Source: an uncultured Methylomirabilota bacterium (GTDB lineage: Bacteria; Methylomirabilota; Methylomirabilia; Methylomirabilales; 2-02-FULL-66-22). From it: a stretch of DNA of 64,000 nucleotides. Below the pieces are notes generated by a model. That model did not search any database. It had not been told where the DNA came from and worked only from the letters and a program-made list of their open reading frames with translations. Position numbers and translations under genes: made by a program. The stretch lies in assembly GCA_963845565.1 (NCBI GenBank), contig CAWJSJ010000005.1, forward strand, positions 704,001 to 768,000, written 5' to 3'. Positions 31,078 through 39,732 of the stretch are shown here, piece after piece (the stretch's first letter is position 1; each line of letters begins with the position of its first letter).

Positions 31078-32172
31078 ATGACTCTGCTGCTGAAAGAGAT
31101 CCGCCACAACCCCCTGCTGTGGCTGCTGGCCTTCGTGCCCGTGCTGTTCGCAGCGCAAAAGCTCAAGCCCGAAGCGCACACGCTGCTGTTCGTGCTGTCC
31201 GTCCTGGCCATCGTGCCACTGGCGACGCTGCTGAGCCACGCCACCGAATCCGTGGCGGCCAAGACAGGCGATGCGGTCGGTGGTCTGCTCAACGCCACGC
31301 TGGGAAATCTGACCGAACTGGTCATCGCGCTGGCGGCGTTGCGCGCCGGCGAATACGCACTGGTGAAGGCGTCCATCGCCGGGGCGATCGTCACCAACAC
31401 GCTGTTCATGCTGGGCGTGTCGTTTCTGCTCGGCGGACTCAAGCACCACGTGCAGGAGTACAACCGAGTCAGCGCCCGCGTGCAAGCGGCCCTGCTCTTC
31501 CTGGCCACGGTCGCGCTGCTGATTCCTTCGGCGACCTCTGAAGCCGACTCCGTGGCGGGGGCGGCGTTCACGCAGACGTTGAGCGCGAGTCTGGCCGTGC
31601 TGCTCATCATTGCTTACGGATTGGGCATGCTGTTCTCGCTCAAGACGCACCGCGAACTCTTTGCCAGCGCGGAACACGGCGAGGAGGGCGAAGCGCCGTG
31701 GCCGATCGGTCTGGCCCTGGCCACGCTGGCCGGCGTCACGGTGCTGGTCGCGCTGGTGAGTGAGATCTTCGTCGAGTCGGTGCAGGAGGCGGCGGTGACG
31801 TTCGGGATGACCCCTGCGTTCGTGGGTTTCATCGTCGTGGCGCTGGTGGGCGGTGCGGCGGAGATGGCCTCGGCGTTTTCCGGCGCGCGGAAGAACCGCC
31901 TCGACTTGAGCGTGGGCATCGCGTTGGGGAGCGCGTCACAGATTGCGCTGTTCGTCGCGCCGGTGCTGGTGCTGCTCAGCTACGTTATCGGCCCGGCGCC
32001 GATGACCCTGCAGTTCTGGCCGGGCGCGGTCGTGATGATGCTGATCGCGACGATGACCGCCTCGCTGGTGACCAATAGCGGCCGATCGACGTGGTTCGTC
32101 GGGGTGCTGGTGATCATGGTATACGCGATTTTCGCCATGACCCTTTACCTGTTACCGCCCCGCGTGCAGTGA
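31078..32172 (+). CDS. Ca2+/H+ antiporter (CAX/ChaA family)
   Basis: GGLLNATLGNLTE alpha-1 repeat, acidic loop, GGAAE and ALGSASQIALFVAP alpha-2 repeat. Confidence 0.92.
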   Translation: MTLLLKEIRHNPLLWLLAFVPVLFAAQKLKPEAHTLLFVLSVLAIVPLATLLSHATESVAAKTGDAVGGLLNATLGNLTELVIALAALRAGEYALVKASIAGAIVTNTLFMLGVSFLLGGLKHHVQEYNRVSARVQAALLFLATVALLIPSATSEADSVAGAAFTQTLSASLAVLLIIAYGLGMLFSLKTHRELFASAEHGEEGEAPWPIGLALATLAGVTVLVALVSEIFVESVQEAAVTFGMTPAFVGFIVVALVGGAAEMASAFSGARKNRLDLSVGIALGSASQIALFVAPVLVLLSYVIGPAPMTLQFWPGAVVMMLIATMTASLVTNSGRSTWFVGVLVIMVYAIFAMTLYLLPPRVQ

Positions 32173-32174
32173 GA

Positions 32175-32492
32175 ATGAAAATCCGGCGGCAAGGCAAGCC
32201 GTTGTTAAAGAATAAGTTGAGCGGAGATATCCCGAAACGGCATAAGGAGCCGTAACGAAATAGAATAAGATGGATGTGTTATTTCGTAACGGCTCCTAAG
32301 CTCGTGCCTGAAGGGCAATTCGTCGCCCAAGTGGAAGCCGACCTCATCGAGACCGATTCTGGCTGGGCTCCGCACCTCCCCCTCGACGATGCGTGCACGC
32401 TCGACGAGGTTCGCGAAGCCTTACGCCGTGGCGACATCCAGTCCGCATCCCGCAATGCCCAAGTCTTTCTCCTCACCCCCGTCGCCCTGTAA
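32175..32492 (+). pseudogene. Small conserved hypothetical gene interrupted by a 102-bp insertion
   Basis: MKIRRQG(K) then the insert with in-frame stops, then (K)LVPEGQFVAQVEADLIETDSGWAPHL..DEVREALRRGD in the same frame. Confidence 0.65.
32196..32299. mobile_element. 104-bp dispersed element with an internal inverted repeat, copy 1
   Basis: Near-identical to 57545-57648; AGGAGCCGTAACGAAATA ... TATTTCGTAACGGCTCCT. Confidence 0.8.
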
Positions 32493-32584
32493 CAGTCCGC
32501 CTGGGCGAGCTGCGGAAGTCTCCCAAGCGTCGCCGTGATCGGCGACGCTTGATCCGCCCCGTTTCGCCGCCCACAGGGGTTTCC

Positions 32585-32631
32585 ATTAAGCCCGCACTAT
32601 TCGCGAACGCAGTTCACGAGTTGTGCGGGCT
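32585..32631. repeat. Palindromic REP-like repeat, CCCGCATTATTCGCGAAC family, copy 2
   Basis: attaagcccgcactattcgcgaacgcagttcacgagttgtgcgggc, at the stop codon of the ParE-like toxin. Confidence 0.65.
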
Positions 32632-32944
32632 AGGGGGTAAAGAGAGACGTATCCAGCAGCCGTGCGCCGTGGATCACTCGCAGAATGACGACCCTGGAGC
32701 CGGCGATGCGGAAGATGGTGCGATAGGAGGCGTGGATCAGATGACGGTAGGATGTGCCGAGGATTTCGTTTTCGGGGATACGGGAGCAGCGTTCGGGAAA
32801 CTTCTCCAGCGAGGCGATCTGTTCTTCGAGCGCCAGAACAAAGGCTTCGGCATTGGTGGGGCTGTCCTGGGCGATGTAGTCCCAGATCTCCGCAATGTCG
32901 GCCTCTGCGGACGGGGTGATCTCAACGATGAATTTTGCGGGCAC
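32630..32944 (-). CDS. RelE/ParE-family toxin
   Basis: VEITPSAEADIAEIWDYIAQDSP...FPERC...YRTIFRI...VILRVIHGAR; GTG start overlaps the antitoxin. Confidence 0.88.
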   Translation of the reverse strand: MPAKFIVEITPSAEADIAEIWDYIAQDSPTNAEAFVLALEEQIASLEKFPERCSRIPENEILGTSYRHLIHASYRTIFRIAGSRVVILRVIHGARLLDTSLFTP

Positions 32945-33200
32945 GTTTAAACTCGGCCAGGAACTCGCGGGCCGGTCGGGTCCGTTCCTCGGTCGCTTCG
33001 GTTTCAGCCGGGGCCAAGAGTCGGGCCAGATTCGCGGCTTGGAGATGCTTCTGATAGACGGCCGCATCCAGAATCACAGAGTCCGCCCGGCCATTCACGG
33101 TCAACACGACGGGGCGGCCGGTGGCGTGCACGTGGTCGAGAATCTCGCGCGTATGGCGCTTTAGATCGGTGACGGAGCGAATGTCTTCGGCAAAGTTCAT
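32922..33200 (-). CDS. Phd/YefM-family antitoxin
   Basis: DIRSVTDLKR...GRPVVLTVNGRA; AAGGAG RBS. Confidence 0.88.
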   Translation of the reverse strand: MNFAEDIRSVTDLKRHTREILDHVHATGRPVVLTVNGRADSVILDAAVYQKHLQAANLARLLAPAETEATEERTRPAREFLAEFKRARKIHR

Positions 33201-33234
33201 AGTGATGCTCCTTTAGGCACACGATTAGGTACGT

Positions 33235-33263
33235 AATATAGCTCCATCTCCCCAAGGCGTCAA
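33235..33263 (-). promoter_or_regulatory. Sigma70 promoter of the phd-parE operon
   Basis: TTGACG-N17-TATATT on the minus strand. Confidence 0.65.
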
Positions 33264-33654
33264 GGGCGCCATTCCCCCCCAAATCTCCGGCTAACGCCAG
33301 GGCGGCCTTCGTGCGAGTGGACGCGGCCGGGGGCCGGCCCGGCCCCTCCGGCCGCCTGGCGCCTGCACCCACCCGGTTGGGTGGGTACCCGGAACCGCCC
33401 GGCCTTGCGCCGGGTCGCCCCGCCCGGGGGCGGGGCTCCGGACCGGCGCCGGCCGGGCCGCGGGCGCAGCGGCGTCGGGGCCGGCCCGGCCCCCGGCCTT
33501 CGCGGTGTCACCCCGTGGGTGCCCCCGCCCCGCGCTGGCGGCATCGCAGGGGGCCGCCCCGGCTGCGGTCGCGACGCGCTGTCCGTCCCCCCTGCGTGCG
33601 CTAGCCGGGGAACAGGGTCCCCGCACCAATCCGGACGGGCGGTCATCCCACTCA

Positions 33655-33710
33655 GATTTCCCTAATTTCGAAGTTCGAACTTCGGACTTCGAATTTTCCT
33701 CAGCAGCCTG
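33655..33710 (-). mobile_element. MITE end fused to TTCGAA-type heptamer repeats (reverse partial copy of the 44867 variant)
   Basis: The reverse complement reads caggctgctgaggaaaattcgaagtccgaagttcgaacttcgaaattaggga, matching 44867-44936. Confidence 0.6.
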
Positions 33711-33711
33711 C

Positions 33712-33729
33712 TATAGGACCAAGGTCCGA
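33712..33729. promoter_or_regulatory. Palindromic regulator box TATAGGACCAAGGTCCGA, copy 2
   Basis: Identical to 20875-20892; followed by TAGACG-N18-TAGACT. Confidence 0.6.
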
Positions 33730-33795
33730 TAGACGCCCCTCCTCGCCCCGCATAGACTCCTGCCGTTACCCGTTTCCCTTCCCCGGAGGCGGCCT

Positions 33796-34167
33796 GTGTC
33801 TCCACAGCTCGTGGCGGTTGTTGATGACGATGCCTCCGTGAGGCGGGCGCTGACGCGCCTCCTTCAGTCGGCAGGTCTCCGGGTCGTGTCGTATGCCTCG
33901 GCGAGCGAGTTTCTCGACACCGGGCTCTCGATCGCCCCGGACTGCCTAATTCTCGACATTCACCTGGGGGGTATGAGCGGACTGGAGCTGCTTTCGCGGC
34001 TTCGGGAACTGGGACATAACCTACCAGTCCTGATCATCACTGCGCACGACGACGCACAAGCGCGCGAGGCGGCCGCACGAGGGGGATGTGCGGTCTACCT
34101 CTGCAAGCCCCTTGAAGCGAAGGTGCTTCTGGAGGAGGTCGCCACGGCGATGACGCGTGCGGCGTGA
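33796..34167 (+). CDS. Single-domain (REC-only) response regulator
   Basis: VAVVDDD, LDIHLGGMSG, IITAHDD and KP motifs; GGAGG RBS. Confidence 0.9.
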   Translation: MSPQLVAVVDDDASVRRALTRLLQSAGLRVVSYASASEFLDTGLSIAPDCLILDIHLGGMSGLELLSRLRELGHNLPVLIITAHDDAQAREAAARGGCAVYLCKPLEAKVLLEEVATAMTRAA

Positions 34168-34311
34168 GTATCCGCCGCGGCGCGTCTTGGCGTCGTGGCG
34201 GGTTGCGAATTTCGGAATGCGGTTTGCGGATTGTGGAAAGAGGAGAACAGGGAGGAGCCACTCCGTTCGGCGGCATCTTCGCCGCCTTTCACGAACAGAA
34301 AGGAGCGTCCG

Positions 34312-37098
34312 ATGAGCAAAGCAACAACGTCCGTTCCGAGAATCGACCATTTCTTTTCCGCCGTGGCGGCGCGCTTGGATCGCTGGCGCGATTTGAACAG
34401 GGCGGCGCAGACCTGGGCGGCAAGTCAGGCCGGTGGCGACACGGCGGGTCTGCAGGCGGCCTGCGCCGACGCGCTCGCCGAGCTGCTGCCGATGGAGGAC
34501 TTTCAGGCCTACCCGGGCGCCCGCCTGCTCAATGCCATCAAGGACCGGTTGGCCGGCGGCGACGCGCTGGGCACAGCGCGTCTTGTGCAGCGCGTCTCGT
34601 CGGCCCTCATGTCGCGGAGCTACCGGAGCGATGCCGGGGAGTGGGAAACGGAAGACGACGCGGCCGGCGCGGAACGCGTGATGCCCACCGCGCTCGGCGA
34701 AACGACGGCAAAGCCCTACTTCGAAGTGCTGTTCGTGACCCCCACGCCCCCATCGCGCTGGCCCATGCAGGTCCAGCAGGTCCGGAAGCTGCGGCGAGCC
34801 CAGGACGAATTCGTCTACGAGCCCGTGTTTGTCGGCACGTTCGAGGACGCGGCGCTGGGCGTGATTCTCAACACCAACCTCGAGGCGGTGGTGATCTATG
34901 ACGGGTTCCCCTACGCATCGGCGCACGACGTGCCGTTGCTCAAAAGCGTGCTCGCCTCCAAGCTGTCGGTCGGCGCGGACGATCGTGCGCCGAAAGACTA
35001 CGGCCTGAAACTGGCGGAGATCGTGAAACGCTATCGGCCGGAGCTCGACATCTATCTCCTCTCCGACAAGAAACCCGACGCGATCATCTCGGACCCCGCG
35101 GCCGTGGGCCTGCGCCGCGTCTTCTACGAGGTCGAGGAGCCGCTGGAGCTTCACCTCTCGATCCTGGCCGGCGTGGCGGAGCGGTACGAGACGCCGTTCT
35201 TCAACAACCTCAAGAAGTACGCCCAGAAGCCGGTGGGGACCTTCCACGCGCTGCCGGTGGCGCGCGGTAAATCCATCTTCAAGTCGAACTGGATCCGCGA
35301 CATGGGCGAGTTCTACGGGGCCAACCTGTTCCTGGCGGAATCGTCGGCGACCACGGGCGGGCTGGACAGCCTGCTGGAGCCCACGGGCAACATCAAGAAG
35401 GCCCAGGACGCCGCGGCGCGCGCATTTGGCGCCGACCGAGTGTTCTTCGTGACCAACGGGACCTCGACCTCCAACAAGATGGTCCACCAGGCGCTGCTCA
35501 CGCCGGGAGACATCGTGATCGCCGACCGCAACTGTCACAAGTCGCACCACTACGGGATGGTCCTGGCGGGCGCGCAGCCGTACTACGTCGAGGCCTTCCC
35601 CATGGTGGCATACTCGATGTACGGCGCTGTGCCGGTGCGGGCCGTCAAGAAGGCCCTGCTTGACCTCAAGGCGGCGGGTCGGCTGGACAAGGTGAAGATG
35701 GTCACGCTGACGAACTGCACCTTCGACGGCCACGTCTACGACACGCGCCGCGTGATGGAAGAGTGCCTGGCGATCAAGCCGGATCTGGTGTTCTTGTGGG
35801 ATGAGGCCTGGTTCGGCTTCGCCCGCTTCTCCCCGCTCTACCGCCCGCGCACGGCGATGGGCGCGCGCGCGGCGCTGAAAGAGGCCTTTGCCGATCCGGC
35901 CTACCTGGAGCGATACCTCGCGCAGGAGAAGCAATTCGGCAAGAATCTGGATCCCAAGGACAAGCGGTTGCTCGAGGCCCGGCTCATCCCCGACCCGCGC
36001 AAGGCGAAGCTCCGGGTCTACCAGACGAACTCGACGCACAAGTCCATGTCCGCGCTGCGGCAGGGCTCGATGGTGCTGGTGGGCGACGAGGACTACCTGC
36101 TGCACGAGCAAGCCTTCAAGGAGGCGGTGTTCACCCATGCCTCGACTTCTCCCAACCAGCAACTCATCGCGTCGCTGGACATCGCGCGCCGGCAGATGGA
36201 GCTGGAAGGCTACGAATTGGTGATGCAGGCGATCACGCTTGCCATCGAGATCCGCCGCGCGGTGAACACGCATCCCCTGGTGTCCAAGTATTTCAAGGTT
36301 TTGACGGTGGAGGAGATGGTGCCGGCCGAGTTCCGCCAGTCCGGCCTCAAGAGCTACATCGAGGACGGGATCACCTGGCTGGATGCGGCGCGGGCCTTCC
36401 GCGAGGACGAGTTCATCCTGGATCCGACCCGGCTCACCCTGGTGTGTGGGACCGCGGGCTACGACGGGACGCAGTTCAAGAACCTGCTGGCGGCCGAGTA
36501 CGAGATCCAGCTCAACAAGACCTCGCGCAATTCGGTCCTGCTGCAGACCAACATCAACAACACGCGGAGCGACGTGGCGAACCTGCTCAAGGTGCTGGTC
36601 GAGATCTCCAAGGAGATCGAGGAGCGCCTCAAGAGCGGCGGCGAAGCCGCGCAGAAGGCCTTCGCGGCGCGGGTGAAGTCGCTGATAGAGGACGTCCCTG
36701 ACCTCCCGAACTTCAGCTGCTTCCACGACCGGTTCCGCGACCAGCCGAAGGGTACGACGCTGGAAGGGGACATGCGCACCGCGTTCTACATGGCCTACGA
36801 CGAAGAAGGCTGCGAGCACGTCAGGCTCATGAGCCCCGAGATCGACAAGCGCCTCAAGTCCGGGCCGCCGCTGGTCTCGGCCCACTTCGTGATCCCGTAT
36901 CCGCCCGGCTTCCCCATCATGGTGCCCGGGCAGTTGATCAAGGCCGACACCATCGAGTTCATGCGCAAGTTGGACGTGAAGGAGATCCACGGCTACGACG
37001 CGACTCGGGGGCTCAAGCTGATCAGCCCCGCCAAGCTGGGCGGCAAGGCGGCGAAGGCGAAGCCGGCCGCCGCGAAGGCCGCGAGGAGGCGAAAGTAG
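34312..37098 (+). CDS. Large PLP-dependent Orn/Lys/Arg decarboxylase-family enzyme (~928 aa)
   Basis: AGGAG RBS; FVTNGTSTSN, DRNCHKSHH, WDEAW, STHKS (PLP lysine), STSP and IPYPPGFP motifs. Confidence 0.92.
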   Translation: MSKATTSVPRIDHFFSAVAARLDRWRDLNRAAQTWAASQAGGDTAGLQAACADALAELLPMEDFQAYPGARLLNAIKDRLAGGDALGTARLVQRVSSALMSRSYRSDAGEWETEDDAAGAERVMPTALGETTAKPYFEVLFVTPTPPSRWPMQVQQVRKLRRAQDEFVYEPVFVGTFEDAALGVILNTNLEAVVIYDGFPYASAHDVPLLKSVLASKLSVGADDRAPKDYGLKLAEIVKRYRPELDIYLLSDKKPDAIISDPAAVGLRRVFYEVEEPLELHLSILAGVAERYETPFFNNLKKYAQKPVGTFHALPVARGKSIFKSNWIRDMGEFYGANLFLAESSATTGGLDSLLEPTGNIKKAQDAAARAFGADRVFFVTNGTSTSNKMVHQALLTPGDIVIADRNCHKSHHYGMVLAGAQPYYVEAFPMVAYSMYGAVPVRAVKKALLDLKAAGRLDKVKMVTLTNCTFDGHVYDTRRVMEECLAIKPDLVFLWDEAWFGFARFSPLYRPRTAMGARAALKEAFADPAYLERYLAQEKQFGKNLDPKDKRLLEARLIPDPRKAKLRVYQTNSTHKSMSALRQGSMVLVGDEDYLLHEQAFKEAVFTHASTSPNQQLIASLDIARRQMELEGYELVMQAITLAIEIRRAVNTHPLVSKYFKVLTVEEMVPAEFRQSGLKSYIEDGITWLDAARAFREDEFILDPTRLTLVCGTAGYDGTQFKNLLAAEYEIQLNKTSRNSVLLQTNINNTRSDVANLLKVLVEISKEIEERLKSGGEAAQKAFAARVKSLIEDVPDLPNFSCFHDRFRDQPKGTTLEGDMRTAFYMAYDEEGCEHVRLMSPEIDKRLKSGPPLVSAHFVIPYPPGFPIMVPGQLIKADTIEFMRKLDVKEIHGYDATRGLKLISPAKLGGKAAKAKPAAAKAARRRK

Positions 37099-37114
37099 CC
37101 GCCACACGAACTTG

Positions 37115-37152
37115 CCCGCATTATTCGCGAACGCGTTCGCGAATAATGCGGG
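37115..37152. repeat. Perfect 38-bp palindrome, CCCGCATTATTCGCGAAC family, copy 3
   Basis: CCCGCATTATTCGCGAACGCGTTCGCGAATAATGCGGG is its own reverse complement. Confidence 0.85.
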
Positions 37153-37274
37153 AATGACCAAATCCCAATGACAAATGACCAAGTGTGGATGCGGTGTTAC
37201 GAAGGCACTTCGACGGCGCACGCATCCTGACGGACGGGTACCCGATGCACCCACCACCATTGGTCATTGGTAAT
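37153..37274. repeat. Inverted pair of AATGACC-type heptamer tandem repeats
   Basis: aatgacc aaatccc aatgaca aatgacc at 37153-37180 and cattggtcattggtaat at 37258-37274. Confidence 0.65.
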
Positions 37275-37318
37275 CTGAGGACGAGCGTTTCAGCATCCCC
37301 TGTAAAGGAGGTAGGCCG

Positions 37319-39022
37319 ATGCAAGCGTTCTTTCAGTTCCTGCAGGCCAATCCGTTCCTGTTGTTGTTTTTCACCGTTGCCCTGGCTGTCTGGATTGGAC
37401 GGTTCTCGGTCAAGGGATACGGCCTCGGCATGGTCGCGGCGGCGATCGTCGTCGGGGTCGCGCTGGCCACCTGGGCCTCGGTCTACGGCGTCAAGCTGCA
37501 GCTCGACAACTTCGCCAAGTCGCTGATGTACTATCTGTTCATGTACGGCGTCGGATTGCGAGTCGGTCCCTCGTTCTTCAACAGTCTGAAGAAAGACGGC
37601 CTGACCTTCACGATTCTGGCCGTCATCTGCAGCGTGCTCGGTCTGGGCCTCGTCGTCATCTTCAGTCGGCTGTTCGGTTTGCCGGCGGGCGCCGCGGGCG
37701 GCATTCTGGCCGGGTCGCAGACCATGTCGGCGGCGATCGGGACCGCCGAGATGGCCATCACGCAGGGGGCGTACGCCGTGCCGGCGGGATCCACCGAAGG
37801 AGGCCGTGACGGCGATGATCGCCCTTGGCTACGGCATCAGCTACATCTGGGGAACGGTCGGGATCATCCTGATCTGCAAGTACCTGCCGAAGTGGTGGGG
37901 CGTGGATGCCAGGAAGGCCGCGAAGGAGTACGAGAAGAGCACGGAGTGCGCGAACCTCGACGACGCCGGCCTCACCGGCTACCGCGCCGGGCGGGCTCCG
38001 CGCCTACCGGCTGGAGAACAAGCAGACTGCCGGCAAGACGATCGCCCAGCTTCGGCAGACGTATCCGCAGTACCGGATCGTCAATGTGGTGCGCGGCGGT
38101 GAGCCGCTGGGCGCGAGCGCGGATCTCGTCATGCAGCTCGGCGACGTCGTGGCCCTGGGGGGCCGGCTCGAAGATCTAACCGCCAACATGGGTTTGCTGG
38201 GCACGGAAGTGCCAGACTCCAAGGCGCTGGCCGTCCCGCTCGACCAGGCCGAGATCCTGGTCACCAACAAGGGCGTCGAAGGCCGAGAGCTGAAGGAGTT
38301 TCGTCATGAGGAGTTCGCAGGCCAGCTCCAAGTCGTCAAGATGGAGCGCGGCGGCGTGCCGCTCCCCGCTGGGACCTGACACCACGCTGCAGCGGCTAGA
38401 TGTGCTCTACGTGGTGGGCCTGAAGAGTGCCGTGCAAAAAATTGGCGACGCGCTGGGCAAGGTGGCTCGTCCGAGCACGGGGACCGACCTGCTGACGTTG
38501 TCGGTGGGCATGATCCTCGGGCTCCTGATCGGCTTGATCAACGTTCCGGTGGGTAGCTTCTCGGTCGGGCTTGGGCAATGCCGGCGGCCTGCTGTTGTCG
38601 GGGATCTTCGTTTCGTCGGCGGTCTCGCGTCTGCGGTTCTTCGGCAGCACCCCAATGCGGCGCGCAACATCCTGGAGGATCTGGGCCTCGTCACCTTCGT
38701 CGCGATCGTGGGCATCAATGCCGGCGCCTCGCTTCTGGCGCAGCTCACCGGCGTGATCGCGCTCAAGATCTTCCTGGTCGGTTTCATCGCCTGCACGATC
38801 CCGCCGTTCGTCACCTGGGCGATCGGCTACCACCTGTTCAAGGTCAACCCGGCCGTGCTGATGGGCGGCGTGGCGGGTGCCCGCTCGCACTCCGGCCCCT
38901 GCCGCGAGGCGGCCAAGGAGATCGACAGCTCGGTGCCGTGGGTCGGTTTCCCGGTCGGCTACGCCGTCTCGGGCGTGCTCCTGACGGTGTTCGGCTACTT
39001 CGCGATGGTGTTGTCGCAGTAA
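37319..39022 (+). CDS. AspT/YidE-family antiporter, copy 2; several frameshifts
   Basis: GVGLRVGPSFF, LAGSQTMSAAIGTA, GYGISYIWG and GGVAGARSHSG motifs across frames. Confidence 0.85.
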
Positions 39023-39101
39023 ATTCGCCGAGGGAATCCCCCGGCCCTGTCGGGGGAGTCCTAGAGTTCAGCCGGCAGGGCAATCATCGGCGGGAGGACA
39101 C

Positions 39102-39732
39102 GTGGACTTTCTCATATGGGCGCGGCGGCACGATCGTGCGTCGCCGTCTCCGGAACGGAGACGAGCGCGTCACGAAGCCGTCTTCGGCGTGGTGCGCGTG
39201 GGGGCGACCCGTCCATGGTCGCCCTGGCGCTTGCCGCGGCCGCCTGCGGGCCGGCGGCGGAGCCGCCGACGCCTCCGGCGGCCGCCGGCGAGTGGCGGGA
39301 GTTCGCGGGCTCCTGGAACGCCGCCGGCAGCCGCCGGACCATTCCCCTCGGCGCGGATCGCCGGGGCTCGATCATCGACCTGAGGGGCACGATGCTGCTC
39401 GCGGGCGCGGGGCGCCCCGGCGTCGGATTCCGCGCGGAGGTGATCGCGCTCGTCCGACAGCGACACGGGACTCGTCGGCCGCAGCGTCTGGACGGACGAG
39501 CGCGGCGACCAGGTCTTCAGCGAACTCAAGGGCGAAGGCACCGCGGCGCAAAACCGCATCGCCGGGACGATCCTGGGCGGCACCGGCCGGTATGCCGGCG
39601 CGACGGGCTCCTATGAGTTCTCCTGGCAGCTTCGTGATCGAGGCGGAGGACGGCTCGATCCAGGGGCGCGCCGTCGGGCTCAAGGGCCGCGTTCGGCCCG
39701 GCCAACCCGCCGCAGGAGGTGCGCGGCCATGA
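39102..39732 (+). CDS. Hypothetical lipoprotein with a GGTGRYAGATG motif; frameshifted, start uncertain
   Basis: LALAAAAC lipobox, WREFAGSWNAAG, WTDERGDQVFSEL and ILGGTGRYAGATGSYEF segments; stop overlaps the DASS start. Confidence 0.6.

Noticed and set aside
30244..33300. Integron cassette array of TA modules
   Set aside because: No convincing RYYYAAC...GTTRRRY attC pairs and no integrase; each TA pair has its own promoter.
34186..34240. TGCGGA/TTCGGA-type heptamer repeats as coding sequence of the 967-aa ORF start at 34195
   Set aside because: They are intergenic short tandem repeats; the RBS-supported start is the ATG at 34312.
34021..37260. Very long antisense ORFs (1079 aa here; also 1971..3947, 6958..9297, 10895..12796, 12483..14633, 50506..52512 and plus-strand 60044..61165)
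   Set aside because: Shadow frames opposite well-supported genes; expected from GC-rich codon usage and lacking recognisable motifs.
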